Below, one piece after another: positions 20,357 through 38,388 of a stretch of 64,000 nucleotides of DNA. The notes below the pieces were generated by a model, which made no database searches, had not been told where the DNA came from, and saw nothing but the letters and a program-made list of their open reading frames with translations. The position numbers were made by a program, and so were the translations under genes. Location of the stretch: the sequence record MZ234013.1; one strand, 5' to 3'. This DNA comes from Escherichia phage vB_EcoM-101112UKE3-1. Within the stretch, counting starts at the first letter, position 1; each line of letters starts with the position of its first letter.

Positions 20357-21922
20357 TTAGATACCTTTAACATATACACGGCGGAAGTAAGCATTTTTAC
20401 CAAGGCTATTCAGAATAGAAGGCATACCGCTCTGGATGCGAGAAGCCGGAGCCTGAGCAGCGGATTCTGCAAATGGGTTGATACCGATACCGTAACGAGT
20501 TTTGAATCCCATTACCGGTTGGAAGTTCTTCGGATCGGAACCACGCAGCGGAGTCAGAGCTACATATGGAGCGTAGTAAATACCAGCATCCATTTCGTTC
20601 GGACCTTTATAACCTACAGTGAAATAATCCTGTTTAGCATACTGGTCGATATATACACGGTATTTACCACCCAGAACACCAGCAAATACTGACTTGGTAG
20701 TATCAGTGTTAAAGCCGGTAGCCAGACCCTGTGCAGCATAAGAAATGCCGGTATCAACTGAAGCCAGAACGTTAACTACGTTACGGGAAGCGATAATGAA
20801 GTTACCTTCGCCGCGACCAGTCTGACGAGCAATTTCAACTGCTTCTTTGTCAATCTGGAACAACAGAGCTTTAAAGGATTCACCTGCCCAGCGAGCACCA
20901 CGAATATCGATTGGGTCCTGGAAGTCAAATACACCAGCTTTAGAACCCGGAGTCAGGGTCATACCAGATTTACCAACCTGAGCGGAGTAGTTAATCCAAT
21001 CAACAACTTCGCGGTTGATTTCCAGCATAATTTCTGTAGCCAGAATACCAGACAGTTCAGCATCAGCATCCATACCATGAACAGCGCGGAGGTCTTGTGC
21101 TAATTCAATAGAGTAAGCAGCTTTCAGCTGACGAGATTTAGCTTCGATAACTTGTTTATCGATACGGAAGCCCATTTCATTCCATGGGTTATCGGTAGAA
21201 CCGTTGAAACCTTCCTGAAGTTCAGCGATAGAAGTAGCCATACCTTCAGCGATTTCTACCAGTACACCAGCTTCCATTTGTTTCTTAATTTCAGCATCTA
21301 ATTTGTCTGCGTCAGATGCGCCTGAATCAATTTGTTTAGCTGCTGTAGCTTGCAGATATACAGTACCAGTTTCCTGGAAGAAGTGAGTATAGATATCACC
21401 TACTTTGGTTTGTGTGCTAGCAGCCAGAGCTGGGAATTTCTTAGCAGCACCCTGACCAGAGAACATTGCATCTGGACCATACATTGGGTGGAATGCTTCT
21501 TTAGCATCAGCAGCGATTGGGTCTTTACCATATACTGCACGCAGTGCGAATACCTGGCCAGTCGGGCTATTCATTGGCTGAACACCACAAATATCGAAAG
21601 CAATCAGGTTAGGAATAGCACGACGTACCATACCCATAACAGCTGGGCCAATCTGAGTTACTGCTCCAGAAGTCTGACCTGCAGCGATGTTGGTAGCATT
21701 GTAACCGTGGTCACCACCGATTTCAGCTTCTGTTAAGAAAGAACCGAATGCCTGAGCAATTTTTTCGTCTTTATATTCCGGAGCTGTCTGGAAATCTTTT
21801 TCCTGGTTTTCAAAGATTTTAGCGATAATCGCTTGTTTGCTATTAGCAATTTCCGGTAAACCTTCACCTTCCAGTAATGGCTTCCATTTGTTCAAAAGTT
21901 CAGCTTTAGTTTTGATAGTCAT
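20357..21922 (-). CDS. 23: major capsid protein gp23
   Basis: 521 aa; N-terminus MTIKTKAELLNKWKPLLEGEG and C-terminus ...YFRRVYVKGI as I recall for T4 gp23; distinct, more GC-rich codon usage. Confidence 0.95.
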   Translation of the reverse strand: MTIKTKAELLNKWKPLLEGEGLPEIANSKQAIIAKIFENQEKDFQTAPEYKDEKIAQAFGSFLTEAEIGGDHGYNATNIAAGQTSGAVTQIGPAVMGMVRRAIPNLIAFDICGVQPMNSPTGQVFALRAVYGKDPIAADAKEAFHPMYGPDAMFSGQGAAKKFPALAASTQTKVGDIYTHFFQETGTVYLQATAAKQIDSGASDADKLDAEIKKQMEAGVLVEIAEGMATSIAELQEGFNGSTDNPWNEMGFRIDKQVIEAKSRQLKAAYSIELAQDLRAVHGMDADAELSGILATEIMLEINREVVDWINYSAQVGKSGMTLTPGSKAGVFDFQDPIDIRGARWAGESFKALLFQIDKEAVEIARQTGRGEGNFIIASRNVVNVLASVDTGISYAAQGLATGFNTDTTKSVFAGVLGGKYRVYIDQYAKQDYFTVGYKGPNEMDAGIYYAPYVALTPLRGSDPKNFQPVMGFKTRYGIGINPFAESAAQAPASRIQSGMPSILNSLGKNAYFRRVYVKGI

Positions 21923-21940
21923 TTGTGTTAACCTTTAAAA

Positions 21941-22750
21941 TTAGAAACGAGATGCGACTTTCGCATATACACTTACAATATCTTCTGCACCTTGTGCAGA
22001 TTTATCTTCTACAGCTTCAGTGACGAAATTCAGTCCGGCTGCTTCAGTATCAGGAGTATTTATACTCTCAGTAATAGTGCTTTCATCTTTATTAGATTTC
22101 TTCACCATTTCTACGATTGCACTCAATTTACTTGAGAATGCATCTGAATAATCCATACCTTCGACCAGAGCAGAGACTTTTTCTTTTTGAGACTCAGTCA
22201 GATCTTTAGTACTTTCGCTCAATGCCACTTCACGCTGCACATAATTGATATATGCGTCACGCTTATTGAGTTCTTCGAACAGACGAGCTGATTCTTCTTT
22301 ATGTTCTTGCAGTTCTTCTTCCATTTCAGCTACAACATCAACTGATTCTTCTGGAACAACAACGTTGTGTTCAACGAAGAGCTCTTTCAATCCACCAAGC
22401 ATGGATTCAAACAGTTCGGCTTTGATACCTTTATCTACTGCTAATTTATTTTCAGTGAGCCATTCTTTTGCAAGATGGTCAAGGAATTTAGAAGCTTGCT
22501 CAGCGATTTTCTTCTCAGCTTTTTCTTCTGCTTCTTCTTTATTTTTTTCTACTTCTTCTTCTGCTTTTTCAGCAATTTTAGCGATATGAGATTCAGCTAA
22601 TTTAACGGCGTGCTGCTTGACGGTAGCTTCGAATACAGTGCCGAAAGTTTCTTTTGCTTCCGGAGAAATATTAACTGATTCGAAAATACTATCAAGAGCA
22701 ACGGAAGCATCAATTTTCTGCGCTTCGGCAATCAGTTGTTCTTTAAGCAT
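21941..22750 (-). CDS. 22: prohead core scaffold protein gp22
   Basis: 269 aa as T4 gp22; Glu/Lys/Ala-rich coiled-coil-like composition; synteny. Confidence 0.85.
   Translation of the reverse strand: MLKEQLIAEAQKIDASVALDSIFESVNISPEAKETFGTVFEATVKQHAVKLAESHIAKIAEKAEEEVEKNKEEAEEKAEKKIAEQASKFLDHLAKEWLTENKLAVDKGIKAELFESMLGGLKELFVEHNVVVPEESVDVVAEMEEELQEHKEESARLFEELNKRDAYINYVQREVALSESTKDLTESQKEKVSALVEGMDYSDAFSSKLSAIVEMVKKSNKDESTITESINTPDTEAAGLNFVTEAVEDKSAQGAEDIVSVYAKVASRF
22057..22064 (-). promoter_or_regulatory. possible late promoter for gene 23, located inside the 3' end of gene 22
   Basis: Reverse complement of tatttata about 135 bp upstream of gene 23 start. Confidence 0.35.
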
Positions 22751-22777
22751 TTTGTAGTCCTGTTGTTTAGATAATAA

Positions 22778-22785
22778 TATTTATA
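22778..22785 (-). promoter_or_regulatory. late promoter TATAAATA for gene 22
   Basis: Reverse complement of tatttata about 28 bp upstream of gene 22 start. Confidence 0.55.
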
Positions 22786-23419
22786 ACGCTTTTTTCATGG
22801 CCTCTGCGAGAGCCATATAGGCGTCATCGGCACTTGTATCGGCTTCCGCCGTCTGTGATTCGGTAATTTCCTTAGGAGTTACCCATGCATCTGGAGCACT
22901 TGGACCCCATACTGCATCAACACCTACAGTTAATTTGAATCCTTCGTTTACGATACGATAACCTTTATTTGTGTCAGTCAATGAACCTAATCCACGAGAA
23001 GAAACTCCTGGAATCCATCCGGCACGAATATTAGCTGCTAATTTATCTCCAGGACCGTGGTCACCTTCAATAACACGAGCTCGTCCGTATACGTCATTTC
23101 CTTTCCACCACATATCTTCTATAATGATAGCGGCTTGCATCGGGTCAACATTAGCGCGTGGAGGATGATTTAATTCTCCGAGAGCTTGTTTAGTTAAAAC
23201 TTGCTCATTAATATAGTCTTTTACCGCTTTTTCTAATATACGTTTTGGATAAAGACGTTTATTTCTATTGACGACTTCCGCTTGCATGAATATTCCTTCG
23301 ATGTATAAACCCGGTTTTAAACCTAAGTCTTTTCCATCATGAGATTCAAGCATTGGTACGCCATCAATAATTTCGCCAGGTTGACCCCAAGTTTCAATTA
23401 GTAATTGGGGTTCATTCAT
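22781..23419 (-). CDS. 21: prohead core protease gp21
   Basis: 212 aa as T4 gp21; synteny 20-67-68-21-22-23. Confidence 0.85.
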   Translation of the reverse strand: MNEPQLLIETWGQPGEIIDGVPMLESHDGKDLGLKPGLYIEGIFMQAEVVNRNKRLYPKRILEKAVKDYINEQVLTKQALGELNHPPRANVDPMQAAIIIEDMWWKGNDVYGRARVIEGDHGPGDKLAANIRAGWIPGVSSRGLGSLTDTNKGYRIVNEGFKLTVGVDAVWGPSAPDAWVTPKEITESQTAEADTSADDAYMALAEAMKKAL

Positions 23420-23844
23420 TAGCTTAATCCTAATGCTTTACGGCGTTTAAGAGCTTTTTTACGCTTACGCTGAGCACGAGATTGACCTGCTGGATTGGCA
23501 ATCTTCGTTTTGGTAGCTTTACGAGCAATTTGTCTACGTTTTGCTTTAGACAGCCCAGTGGTTTGAAATGCATTACGTTCACGCGTTTTGCGGTCTTTGG
23601 TACGTGTAATTTCACCACGGGCGGAAACATGTTTAACGATAAATTCATTTAGCGGCATATTTTCATTAATAGAAGCTAATGCAACCGCTAAATCAGTTTC
23701 ATCATCAAGCATATTCTCGACAATTGTATTTATATCGTCTTTATTTAAAGCAGAAGACAATTCGTCAAAGCGACCCTGTGCTTCAGGAATAAGTGCTTCG
23801 ACATTCTCGAGAACTAATTCATGAGTTTCAGGGATCAGAAGCAT
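23419..23844 (-). CDS. 68: prohead core protein gp68
   Basis: 141 aa as T4 gp68; basic C-terminus; synteny. Confidence 0.7.
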
Positions 23845-24070
23845 TATTCATCATCCTCGTCTTCGTCTTTTTTGTCGTCTTTATCATCACTATCTTCGTC
23901 TTCGTCATCATCCTCGTCTTCAGGTTCTTCACCTTCGATTAAGAAATTACGAGCGATAGCGATTTTTTCTTCTTTAATTAAATCAATCGTTCTTGCAGCC
24001 ATGGCTTCAGCAAATAATTTACGAGCGGCTACGAGGTCGTTTGATTTAATAGCTTCAATTAAACCTTCCA

Positions 24071-24071
<1 letters not shown>
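23844..24071 (-). CDS. 67: prohead core protein gp67
   Basis: 75 aa with poly-acidic C-terminal tail ([25 protein letters not shown]). Confidence 0.75.
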
Positions 24072-25696
<1,625 letters not shown>

Positions 25697-25728
25697 TTAA
25701 GCAGGATGGGGATTTCTCCCCATTCATT

Positions 25729-26220
25729 TTATTCCCAATAATCGAGAGCAAGAGTTACTTCAAAGGTTTGGATTTCATTGTTTGAATCCCAATCTAATTG
25801 AAGCTCACCCACGTTAGTAGGCCACAGACCTTTAATTTCAATTTCTTTTGTTACTGTTTTAGCATCACGAGCATATTGACGAACAATAGCGCTCTTTTTA
25901 TACTCTGCAGGTTTTCCACCAGTAATTTCGTTTCCTTGACCAGCAGCAATGCTTTGCCAATCAACAAACTTCTGGCGAGCATCATGAGCTTCATCGTTCA
26001 TTACTGTAACAGTCCAGTCATCGAATGTACGATCGCCTGCTACGTTAATTTTACGGTTCATAAATCCAACTGGAATTTTTTCTACAATACCAGCTGGTAA
26101 AGCAGTGGCTTTACATTGGAATGTAAAATTTTGTCCAAGATAAGAAATTTCTACTTGGAATAAGTTAGGTCGAGCAAAATCACCAGATTCAAACGCTCGT
26201 GTTACATCATCTACAAACAT
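25729..26220 (-). CDS. 19: tail tube protein gp19
   Basis: 163 aa as T4 gp19; synteny. Confidence 0.85.
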   Translation of the reverse strand: MFVDDVTRAFESGDFARPNLFQVEISYLGQNFTFQCKATALPAGIVEKIPVGFMNRKINVAGDRTFDDWTVTVMNDEAHDARQKFVDWQSIAAGQGNEITGGKPAEYKKSAIVRQYARDAKTVTKEIEIKGLWPTNVGELQLDWDSNNEIQTFEVTLALDYWE

Positions 26221-26234
26221 ATTAGCCTCTGTAG

Positions 26235-26242
26235 TATTTATA
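26235..26242 (-). promoter_or_regulatory. late promoter TATAAATA for gene 19
   Basis: Reverse complement of tatttata about 15 bp upstream of gene 19 start. Confidence 0.5.
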
Positions 26243-26327
26243 TCCCTATGTTTAACCTAGGGCATATAGAATTAAAGAATTAAGGATATAGTGTATTTAT
26301 ATGGCCTGCCGAAACAGGCCTTTAGAA

Positions 26328-26885
26328 TCATTCTAGTAAATCCCAAAGATCTACGCTATTTCTTTTTGACTTTTCTCGATTAGATTCCCAAGTGATTATT
26401 TCTAAATTTTTTACGCTTGCTATAATTTCCGGCGGAATTAAATTATCAAATCCATATTTGATAGATACTTTATGATCAAGTTGGTAAGCACCTTCTACGC
26501 CGCACACTCCTATTTTATCAGCATTCGGCCATTTTGACCAAATTTTTCTTATTTTAGCTGACTTAGTTATAGAATGAACTCTACTAGCATATAATGCAAA
26601 CTCTTTTCTTTTACCAGTCCATCGAGGATGTTTATCGCCTCTTTGCCATGGTCTGCTTATTCCAGATTGAACTTCCGAATTTTTAATAGCAACTTGTTTA
26701 ATGCTACATTTTCTACATGCATGTGTGGGTGTTCTATTTAAAAGCTGAATGCTTCTACTAAATTTAATACCACACAAATCACATTTAGCGTCAACCATTT
26801 TATTACTATTCTTTGGCATTAATTCTATTGGAACAGATATTGTATCATGGTATGATACTTTATATCCCAGAATTGTCGACCACAT
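26328..26885 (-). CDS. HNH homing endonuclease (free-standing), inserted between genes 18 and 19
   Basis: Cys pairs CDLCG...CRKC (zinc finger-like) and HNH core QLDHKVS...NLEIITWESNREK; first in-frame ATG at 26885 (the open frame runs to 26972 but begins with TTG and overlaps a hairpin). Confidence 0.7.
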   Translation of the reverse strand: MWSTILGYKVSYHDTISVPIELMPKNSNKMVDAKCDLCGIKFSRSIQLLNRTPTHACRKCSIKQVAIKNSEVQSGISRPWQRGDKHPRWTGKRKEFALYASRVHSITKSAKIRKIWSKWPNADKIGVCGVEGAYQLDHKVSIKYGFDNLIPPEIIASVKNLEIITWESNREKSKRNSVDLWDLLE

Positions 26886-26976
26886 TTTTGAATGATTTCT
26901 TGGTTTTATTGTAACAAACTTAGAAATAATCACTTGTTTCCTCGAGAATAGGGGCCGAAGCCCCGCAATCAATCAA

Positions 26977-28956
26977 TTAACCTGCAAGACCAGTTAACTC
27001 ATCGAAATCTGCACCAGTAGCAGTTGCGACGAAATTAAGTTGGATATAATTTATACTACGAGCCGGTTGAATGTAGAATGTTGCAACAAACTCATTTCTA
27101 TCAATTACTGACGGAGTGTTATTTGTTGTATCGCAAACTACACGATATTCATAAATTCCACCGAGAGCTTTAATTCCCTGTAAGTATTGGGCAGTTTCTG
27201 TGCGGAATGATGAACGAGTAAACGCGTTGTTTAATTCGAACAAACGATATTTTGAACTACGTCCGATATTCGTTTTCAACATATTAAACAGACGACGAAC
27301 GTTAATACGATCAAATGGAGAAGGAACAGAAGTAGCTGTTTTATCACCATACAATACGTAACCATCGCCACCTGTACCAGTTACCGGGTTGATAGCTTCT
27401 TGGTATAAACGGTCGCGCTGAGCCTGGCGAGTTTCAATAGCAAGTTTAATAACGTTAAGAATCTGACCACGATTATAACCAGCTGGAGACATCCAAGTCT
27501 GAGATACGTTATCAGTTCTTGCGCATAAACCAGCAATATCAGCTGCTAATGGAACCCAACGATTCACATCATTATATTTGTCATACTGATATTTGTAGTT
27601 ACCATCGATTGCTGCATAGGTTGAACTGATATTAAAGTTATTATCAGTGTATGAACCTGCTGCAGTTCTCCAATTGACTAAGTTATCAACAGCACGAGTT
27701 ACAGGAATTCCAACTACAGTTTCACGCGGAGGAGAGCACAATACTAAGCAATCTTGGCGAGCATCCCCAATTGAAACGACGTGTTTTTGGACAGTAGATG
27801 CTGTTTCTAAAGATTCACCGGCACAAGAACCCGCAATAAACAATTGAACATCAACGGATTCACGGTCAGCAAAGAAGTCCCAAGCTTCCATCAAATCTCC
27901 TGCTGTTACTTCAGCATTTGATGATAATCCACCAGACAGAGTTAAAATTCCAGAGAAGCCTTCTGGCCAGTTTTGTGCAGTTGCAAAAATATATTCTGAA
28001 CCACCTTTTGCGAAAAAGTCATCGATATAGATGTTACTATCGTAAATATCTTTTTCACCACGCTTAGTTGAAAGAACAACGCTTTGAACAATAGCATCAT
28101 TACGACGAACTATAATAGCGTACTGTGAATCAGTTTGTGGTCCATATCCAAACACTGCTTTAGCAGTAGATGCACGAGTACCACCACCTGGATAAATTGG
28201 GAGTAATGCAGAAGCTCCTTTTGCATAGTCAGCTTTAGATACGATTTCAATTTCAATTTTATCGCCCAACTCACCTGGATAAAGAGCTACTACTCCTGGA
28301 ATTCCGTATTTTTCGAGATTTGCTTGAAAGTCAACCGCTGTCATAGCAGCTTCAGCATTTTCAATTTCAGCTAATAAAATACCAGAATCAGTAATAATTT
28401 TTCCAAGAGTTATTACTGCGGCTAAACCAGAGAAAGACGAAGAAATTTCTGCAGTCCAGTTAGAACCTAGTGTTGGATATTCACCGACTTCTTTCGCTTT
28501 AGCGATAATTTTTGCAGTAGGAATATTAATTTTCTTAATTTTTCCATCTGCGTCTACTTCAGTAATTTTACCTTCAGTTTCAATATCATCTGAAACATAT
28601 TTGACCGTGATTTTATCTCCAACCGCATAGTTACTACCTGGGGTAGAAATTGTGTATTCAATATTACCAGCAATCGGAGATGAGTTTTTAGCGGTATCTC
28701 TATCGACAGCGCGCACAACTCGCAAATCATTTCCATATTGTAAGAAATTCATTGCAGACATAAAATAGTCAGCAGTTTCAGCTGTAGGTTGACCAAAAGT
28801 ATTAACTAAATCTACTTCGTTTGTAACCTGTTTAATCTGAAAAGCAGGACCCCACTGGAATTTACCGGCCAAAGCTGCTGTACCAGTAGAGTTATTAACC
28901 ACGGTGCTTTGAACCGTAGTTTCTTTGAGCTCAATGCCCGGAGATAATAAAGTCAT
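26977..28956 (-). CDS. 18: tail sheath protein gp18
   Basis: 659 aa as T4 gp18; synteny. Confidence 0.9.
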   Translation of the reverse strand: MTLLSPGIELKETTVQSTVVNNSTGTAALAGKFQWGPAFQIKQVTNEVDLVNTFGQPTAETADYFMSAMNFLQYGNDLRVVRAVDRDTAKNSSPIAGNIEYTISTPGSNYAVGDKITVKYVSDDIETEGKITEVDADGKIKKINIPTAKIIAKAKEVGEYPTLGSNWTAEISSSFSGLAAVITLGKIITDSGILLAEIENAEAAMTAVDFQANLEKYGIPGVVALYPGELGDKIEIEIVSKADYAKGASALLPIYPGGGTRASTAKAVFGYGPQTDSQYAIIVRRNDAIVQSVVLSTKRGEKDIYDSNIYIDDFFAKGGSEYIFATAQNWPEGFSGILTLSGGLSSNAEVTAGDLMEAWDFFADRESVDVQLFIAGSCAGESLETASTVQKHVVSIGDARQDCLVLCSPPRETVVGIPVTRAVDNLVNWRTAAGSYTDNNFNISSTYAAIDGNYKYQYDKYNDVNRWVPLAADIAGLCARTDNVSQTWMSPAGYNRGQILNVIKLAIETRQAQRDRLYQEAINPVTGTGGDGYVLYGDKTATSVPSPFDRINVRRLFNMLKTNIGRSSKYRLFELNNAFTRSSFRTETAQYLQGIKALGGIYEYRVVCDTTNNTPSVIDRNEFVATFYIQPARSINYIQLNFVATATGADFDELTGLAG

Positions 28957-28984
28957 TTTTAATCCTCTTTAATATGCTTTAATA

Positions 28985-32125
<3,141 letters not shown>

Positions 32126-32166
32126 GATTTCTCCTAATCTGGGCTTTAATTAGTTTATAATATTTA

Positions 32167-34677
<2,511 letters not shown>

Positions 34678-34689
34678 TTAAAATCCTTT

Positions 34690-34705
34690 GGGGCCTTGCG
34701 GCCCC
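34690..34705. other. intergenic GC hairpin (ggggccttgcggcccc) between wac and gene 13
   Basis: Perfect 6-bp GC stem; no T-run, so probably an mRNA-stability or processing hairpin. Confidence 0.4.
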
Positions 34706-34708
34706 ATG

Positions 34709-36166
34709 TTATGCTGGTGATAAAAAGGTAGAAAGTAGTACCCATTCGCCGTCTTTACGAACGTAAGCTTGGCCATCTTTTGGAGCTTCAGGAATATAAC
34801 CTGCTTCTTGTAGAGCTTGAACGCTGCTCTGTAAAGAGGATATATTGTCTTTAGCTGTATTTACTTCATGTGTGACTGCCGCAATGTTAGTTTCATTCGT
34901 TTTTATAGAATTAGTTAATCCTCGTTCTTCAACAGTTGATCCGTCAGGATTATTTCCATTTATAAGTGAAGTAAGTTCAATAACTTGACCTTTAATTCCT
35001 GTTCTATTATTTCCTATTTCAACTTGTATATTTTGAACATTATTGTTTAAAACTGAAACTTCTCCTTCAAGCACTGAAACTTTATTTAATAGAGATCCAG
35101 AAGGAGACGGTTGTCCTCCGCTGGAGTCAGTTCCAACAATTTGATTTAACCACGAAACATTCGCTCTTAAACCAGACGAAGTGTTTTCACCAACAATTCC
35201 GTTTAAAGACTCAATAGAAGTTGTGTGATTTTTAATTTTTCCTTTAATACTAGAAGGAATATCATCTGAACCTATAGAAGTTTCAATAGCCGTTAAGCGC
35301 TGTTTAACACCTTCACTCTGATTTAATTCATTATTAATAGCTTCAATGCTACTTTTGTTATTATTAATTTCTGTTATTATAGAAACATTTTCTGGGTATC
35401 CAATAGAAGATTTAATTTCTGCTATATCAGAAATTATTAAAGTTTGTTTATCATCTATGGTGTTTAATCTATTATAAATATTTGGCCCAAAATCTACTGG
35501 TTTATTACCAAGTTCATCACGTAATTTACCAACTTCAACAGTTAATGATCCTACGTCAGATTCAGTAAATTTATTTTCTAATTCACTTAAACGAATGCCT
35601 TGTGAAGATAATAATGTACTATTTGTTATTATTCTGTGTTTCATTCCTGTGCTAGCATTACCAACAACAGGAAGACCGTTAATGTCTTGGCCAGAATATT
35701 GTCCTAATTCCTGTTTAATCCACAATAAATCATTTCTAATTGTTCTATAAACAGAGTTTTCTTCATCATTAAATGGACCTATATCAGCAATAATTTTGTC
35801 AACTGTATTATTAGTTCCAGTTAATATATCAGTGTGTTCACTGGTAAGTGTCTTTAAATTCGATATGTCATTTTTATTAACACTGATCTGCGATAGTGCT
35901 TCTATATCTCCTGATACATCTAAAACTCCTTGAATTGTTTTAATATCTTTCTGTGATGTTTCAATGGCAGTTTTAAGAATTCCCACATTTTCATCAAGAA
36001 CTTCGACGTTTTTAAACACGGAAACAATTGGTCTATTCATTGATCCATCATTTCCATACTTAGTACTAGCTCCTAATATTTCTTCACCATTTTTAATCCA
36101 TGAAATACGTTCCTGACCTTCGTCAGGAACGCTATCAACAAAAGGTAACTCTTTTAATTCAATCAT
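34709..36166 (-). CDS. wac: fibritin (whisker/collar protein)
   Basis: 485 aa (T4 487); long heptad-like repeat segments typical of coiled coil; synteny between 13 and 12. Confidence 0.85.
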   Translation of the reverse strand: MIELKELPFVDSVPDEGQERISWIKNGEEILGASTKYGNDGSMNRPIVSVFKNVEVLDENVGILKTAIETSQKDIKTIQGVLDVSGDIEALSQISVNKNDISNLKTLTSEHTDILTGTNNTVDKIIADIGPFNDEENSVYRTIRNDLLWIKQELGQYSGQDINGLPVVGNASTGMKHRIITNSTLLSSQGIRLSELENKFTESDVGSLTVEVGKLRDELGNKPVDFGPNIYNRLNTIDDKQTLIISDIAEIKSSIGYPENVSIITEINNNKSSIEAINNELNQSEGVKQRLTAIETSIGSDDIPSSIKGKIKNHTTSIESLNGIVGENTSSGLRANVSWLNQIVGTDSSGGQPSPSGSLLNKVSVLEGEVSVLNNNVQNIQVEIGNNRTGIKGQVIELTSLINGNNPDGSTVEERGLTNSIKTNETNIAAVTHEVNTAKDNISSLQSSVQALQEAGYIPEAPKDGQAYVRKDGEWVLLSTFLSPA

Positions 36167-36175
36167 TTGTAATCC

Positions 36176-37732
36176 TTAGTAATGAATTTTAATAATATAG
36201 TTTAATGATATATTCCATGGTCTAGTTTCATAACCAATTAACCCTTCGCGATTTAACGTGCCGAACGAATCACGAGCCCCACCCATTTCAAATCCGTCGT
36301 TAGTAAAGAACAAATGGTTGTCCCAGTCGGCGCTTCTACCATTGCCCAAATATCCACTGCCATTAGATGCGCCAAACGGTGCATAACCTCTGTTATTTCC
36401 ATTTTCCCCCCAGGCGCCAGCATGTTTATGGTATGATATTTGTTGTGCTTGAACACCGCCAACATGCATTCCATCGCATCCTACACCAAGTCTATCCTTC
36501 CCATAACCATCTTGTCCTCGTTGATTTAAAATATGACCACCGGTGCCCGCTCCTCTGACGAAAAGACCTCGCATATCAGGAATCCCTGGATTATTCCAAT
36601 CCCCACCAAATCTTGTTCCAACCGTGTTTCTATAATCAGGATATTGGTCTCCTGACACAGTTCCACCATGACACATAATCCAACCTGGAGGTGCTGAATC
36701 ACCCGCAAACATCATAATAGTTCCAACCGGAACTCGTTCGGACGCATATCTTTCAGTGGCAACAGGTTGATCGCCATTTTTCCACATTCCACCGCGTGAC
36801 CAAATTCCATTTGCTGTAAGATGGTCTAAATTTAAAGAACCATTAATAGTTTGTCCACCACGAGTATTAATTACATCTGCGTTCCAGGCTAATGCCCCAG
36901 AGCTATCACCTTCAGGAGCAATACCAGCTTGCGTCGTTAATTTTACTACCCCACGCATAGAACCGGTAGCTCCTCGACCATTTAGTGTTTCACCTGTTAC
37001 TGCAACATCCCCCAAATTATTATTAATTTCTGCTTGTGTTCCTAGACGTATAACACCCTTATATTCTTGTGTTGCAACAGAATTCATAAAGGTATACGGG
37101 GAAATTGCATATCCTTCGCGGAGAGTTCCTTGACGAGTTTGTGCAACAGTAGATAATTGAACTACTCCTCTCACAGATTCTGTTGCAGTGTCTTCTGAAG
37201 GAGCTATTTGTGAAATTAATTTTATTGCAAGTTTTTGGGTTTTCAGCGGAGTCATCGCCGTAGTATCATCAACTCCAGCCAAAGCTGCAGGTGTAGATGA
37301 TATTTTAATAACCCCGTTTGATGACTCAGACGAATATCTATTTTTGAACACATCGTCAGTGTGGTATTTCAGTTTTTGTGGTGTTATTGATGAATTATTA
37401 TCTGAGCCTTTTAATGTTTCTTCATTTGTTGAATAACGCGTTAAACCATATTTAGTTTCAGTAGCATTTGGATACAATAATCTTGTTGCTAATGTAGCTG
37501 GTGTAACGATTTTAGAATTATTAGTTCCATCTAAAACCTCTTGCTCTGACGCAATCATTGCTATTCCTTTAACTTCCATAGTTGCATCAGGAATACCATT
37601 TACGCCGATATTACTTATTTTTGATAATGCAGACTGCACTGTCGTAACAGTGTCAGGAAAATTCGATCCAACTGGATCGAATTTAACATATTTTGATTCA
37701 TTTGATACGTGCTGATATGTATTATTACTCAT
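36176..37732 (-). CDS. 12: short tail fibre protein gp12
   Basis: 518 aa (T4 527); synteny. Confidence 0.85.
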   Translation of the reverse strand: MSNNTYQHVSNESKYVKFDPVGSNFPDTVTTVQSALSKISNIGVNGIPDATMEVKGIAMIASEQEVLDGTNNSKIVTPATLATRLLYPNATETKYGLTRYSTNEETLKGSDNNSSITPQKLKYHTDDVFKNRYSSESSNGVIKISSTPAALAGVDDTTAMTPLKTQKLAIKLISQIAPSEDTATESVRGVVQLSTVAQTRQGTLREGYAISPYTFMNSVATQEYKGVIRLGTQAEINNNLGDVAVTGETLNGRGATGSMRGVVKLTTQAGIAPEGDSSGALAWNADVINTRGGQTINGSLNLDHLTANGIWSRGGMWKNGDQPVATERYASERVPVGTIMMFAGDSAPPGWIMCHGGTVSGDQYPDYRNTVGTRFGGDWNNPGIPDMRGLFVRGAGTGGHILNQRGQDGYGKDRLGVGCDGMHVGGVQAQQISYHKHAGAWGENGNNRGYAPFGASNGSGYLGNGRSADWDNHLFFTNDGFEMGGARDSFGTLNREGLIGYETRPWNISLNYIIKIHY

Positions 37733-38388
37733 GCTATTCTCTCAAAATAATAAAATACTGTAGGTTGTGTGTGACTATCTAACGTGACAGTTTGCGCACC
37801 TAATAATTGCCAAGTTCCATATCCAGGTTTAGAAGGAGAAATTATTTCTTGCTTGAAAGTAATTCCTTTATCAGAGTATTGCTCTAAGATATGTTCTTGG
37901 TTATCTAAATACTTAACTTGTATTTTATTTCCTATGGTAGGATGGTCTTCAAATGAATCAATTGCAATAAATTTTGCAACCATTTCCTGTAGAGCTATTC
38001 TAACGGCACTGGTAAATTCAATTGAAGTCATTCCGTTAGTAGCTTTAACTGGAATACCAAACATGTTAACAATAACTGGGTCACCTGGTTTGGCTGAAGT
38101 ATCAGTAACAGTTCCTTCAAATGACCAATAGTCAGTTTGTTGTACGCCAGTAGGAGATACGCCGCTTATATTAATTAATACGGCTCCAACCTGTTGCTCT
38201 GCCATATTTCTAACATCATTGATAGCAGATTCTACATTTGGGTCATAAAAACCTTTTGCTATTTGTGAAATTGTTACAGCGCCTACCGGCTGATTATTCA
38301 TAACCGAAATATCATTTTTCTTAGTTCTAAAACCAAGAAAATCTGCTAAGCGGGAAATAACTCCCGCTTTATTATTAAGTAAACTCAT
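37729..38388 (-). CDS. 11: baseplate wedge protein gp11
   Basis: Met 7 of the 225-aa ORF gives 219 aa as in T4 gp11 with a 1-nt stop/start overlap with gene 10. Confidence 0.8.
   Translation of the reverse strand: MSLLNNKAGVISRLADFLGFRTKKNDISVMNNQPVGAVTISQIAKGFYDPNVESAINDVRNMAEQQVGAVLINISGVSPTGVQQTDYWSFEGTVTDTSAKPGDPVIVNMFGIPVKATNGMTSIEFTSAVRIALQEMVAKFIAIDSFEDHPTIGNKIQVKYLDNQEHILEQYSDKGITFKQEIISPSKPGYGTWQLLGAQTVTLDSHTQPTVFYYFERIA

Noticed and set aside
21332-22589. ORFs 21332..21736 (+) and 22245..22589 (+) antisense to genes 23 and 22
   Set aside because: Antisense to two of the best-supported genes in the window; Cys/Ser-rich low-complexity translations.
36253-37436. Several 60-80 aa ORFs on both strands inside gene 12
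   Set aside because: All embedded in the short tail fibre gene; no independent start signals.
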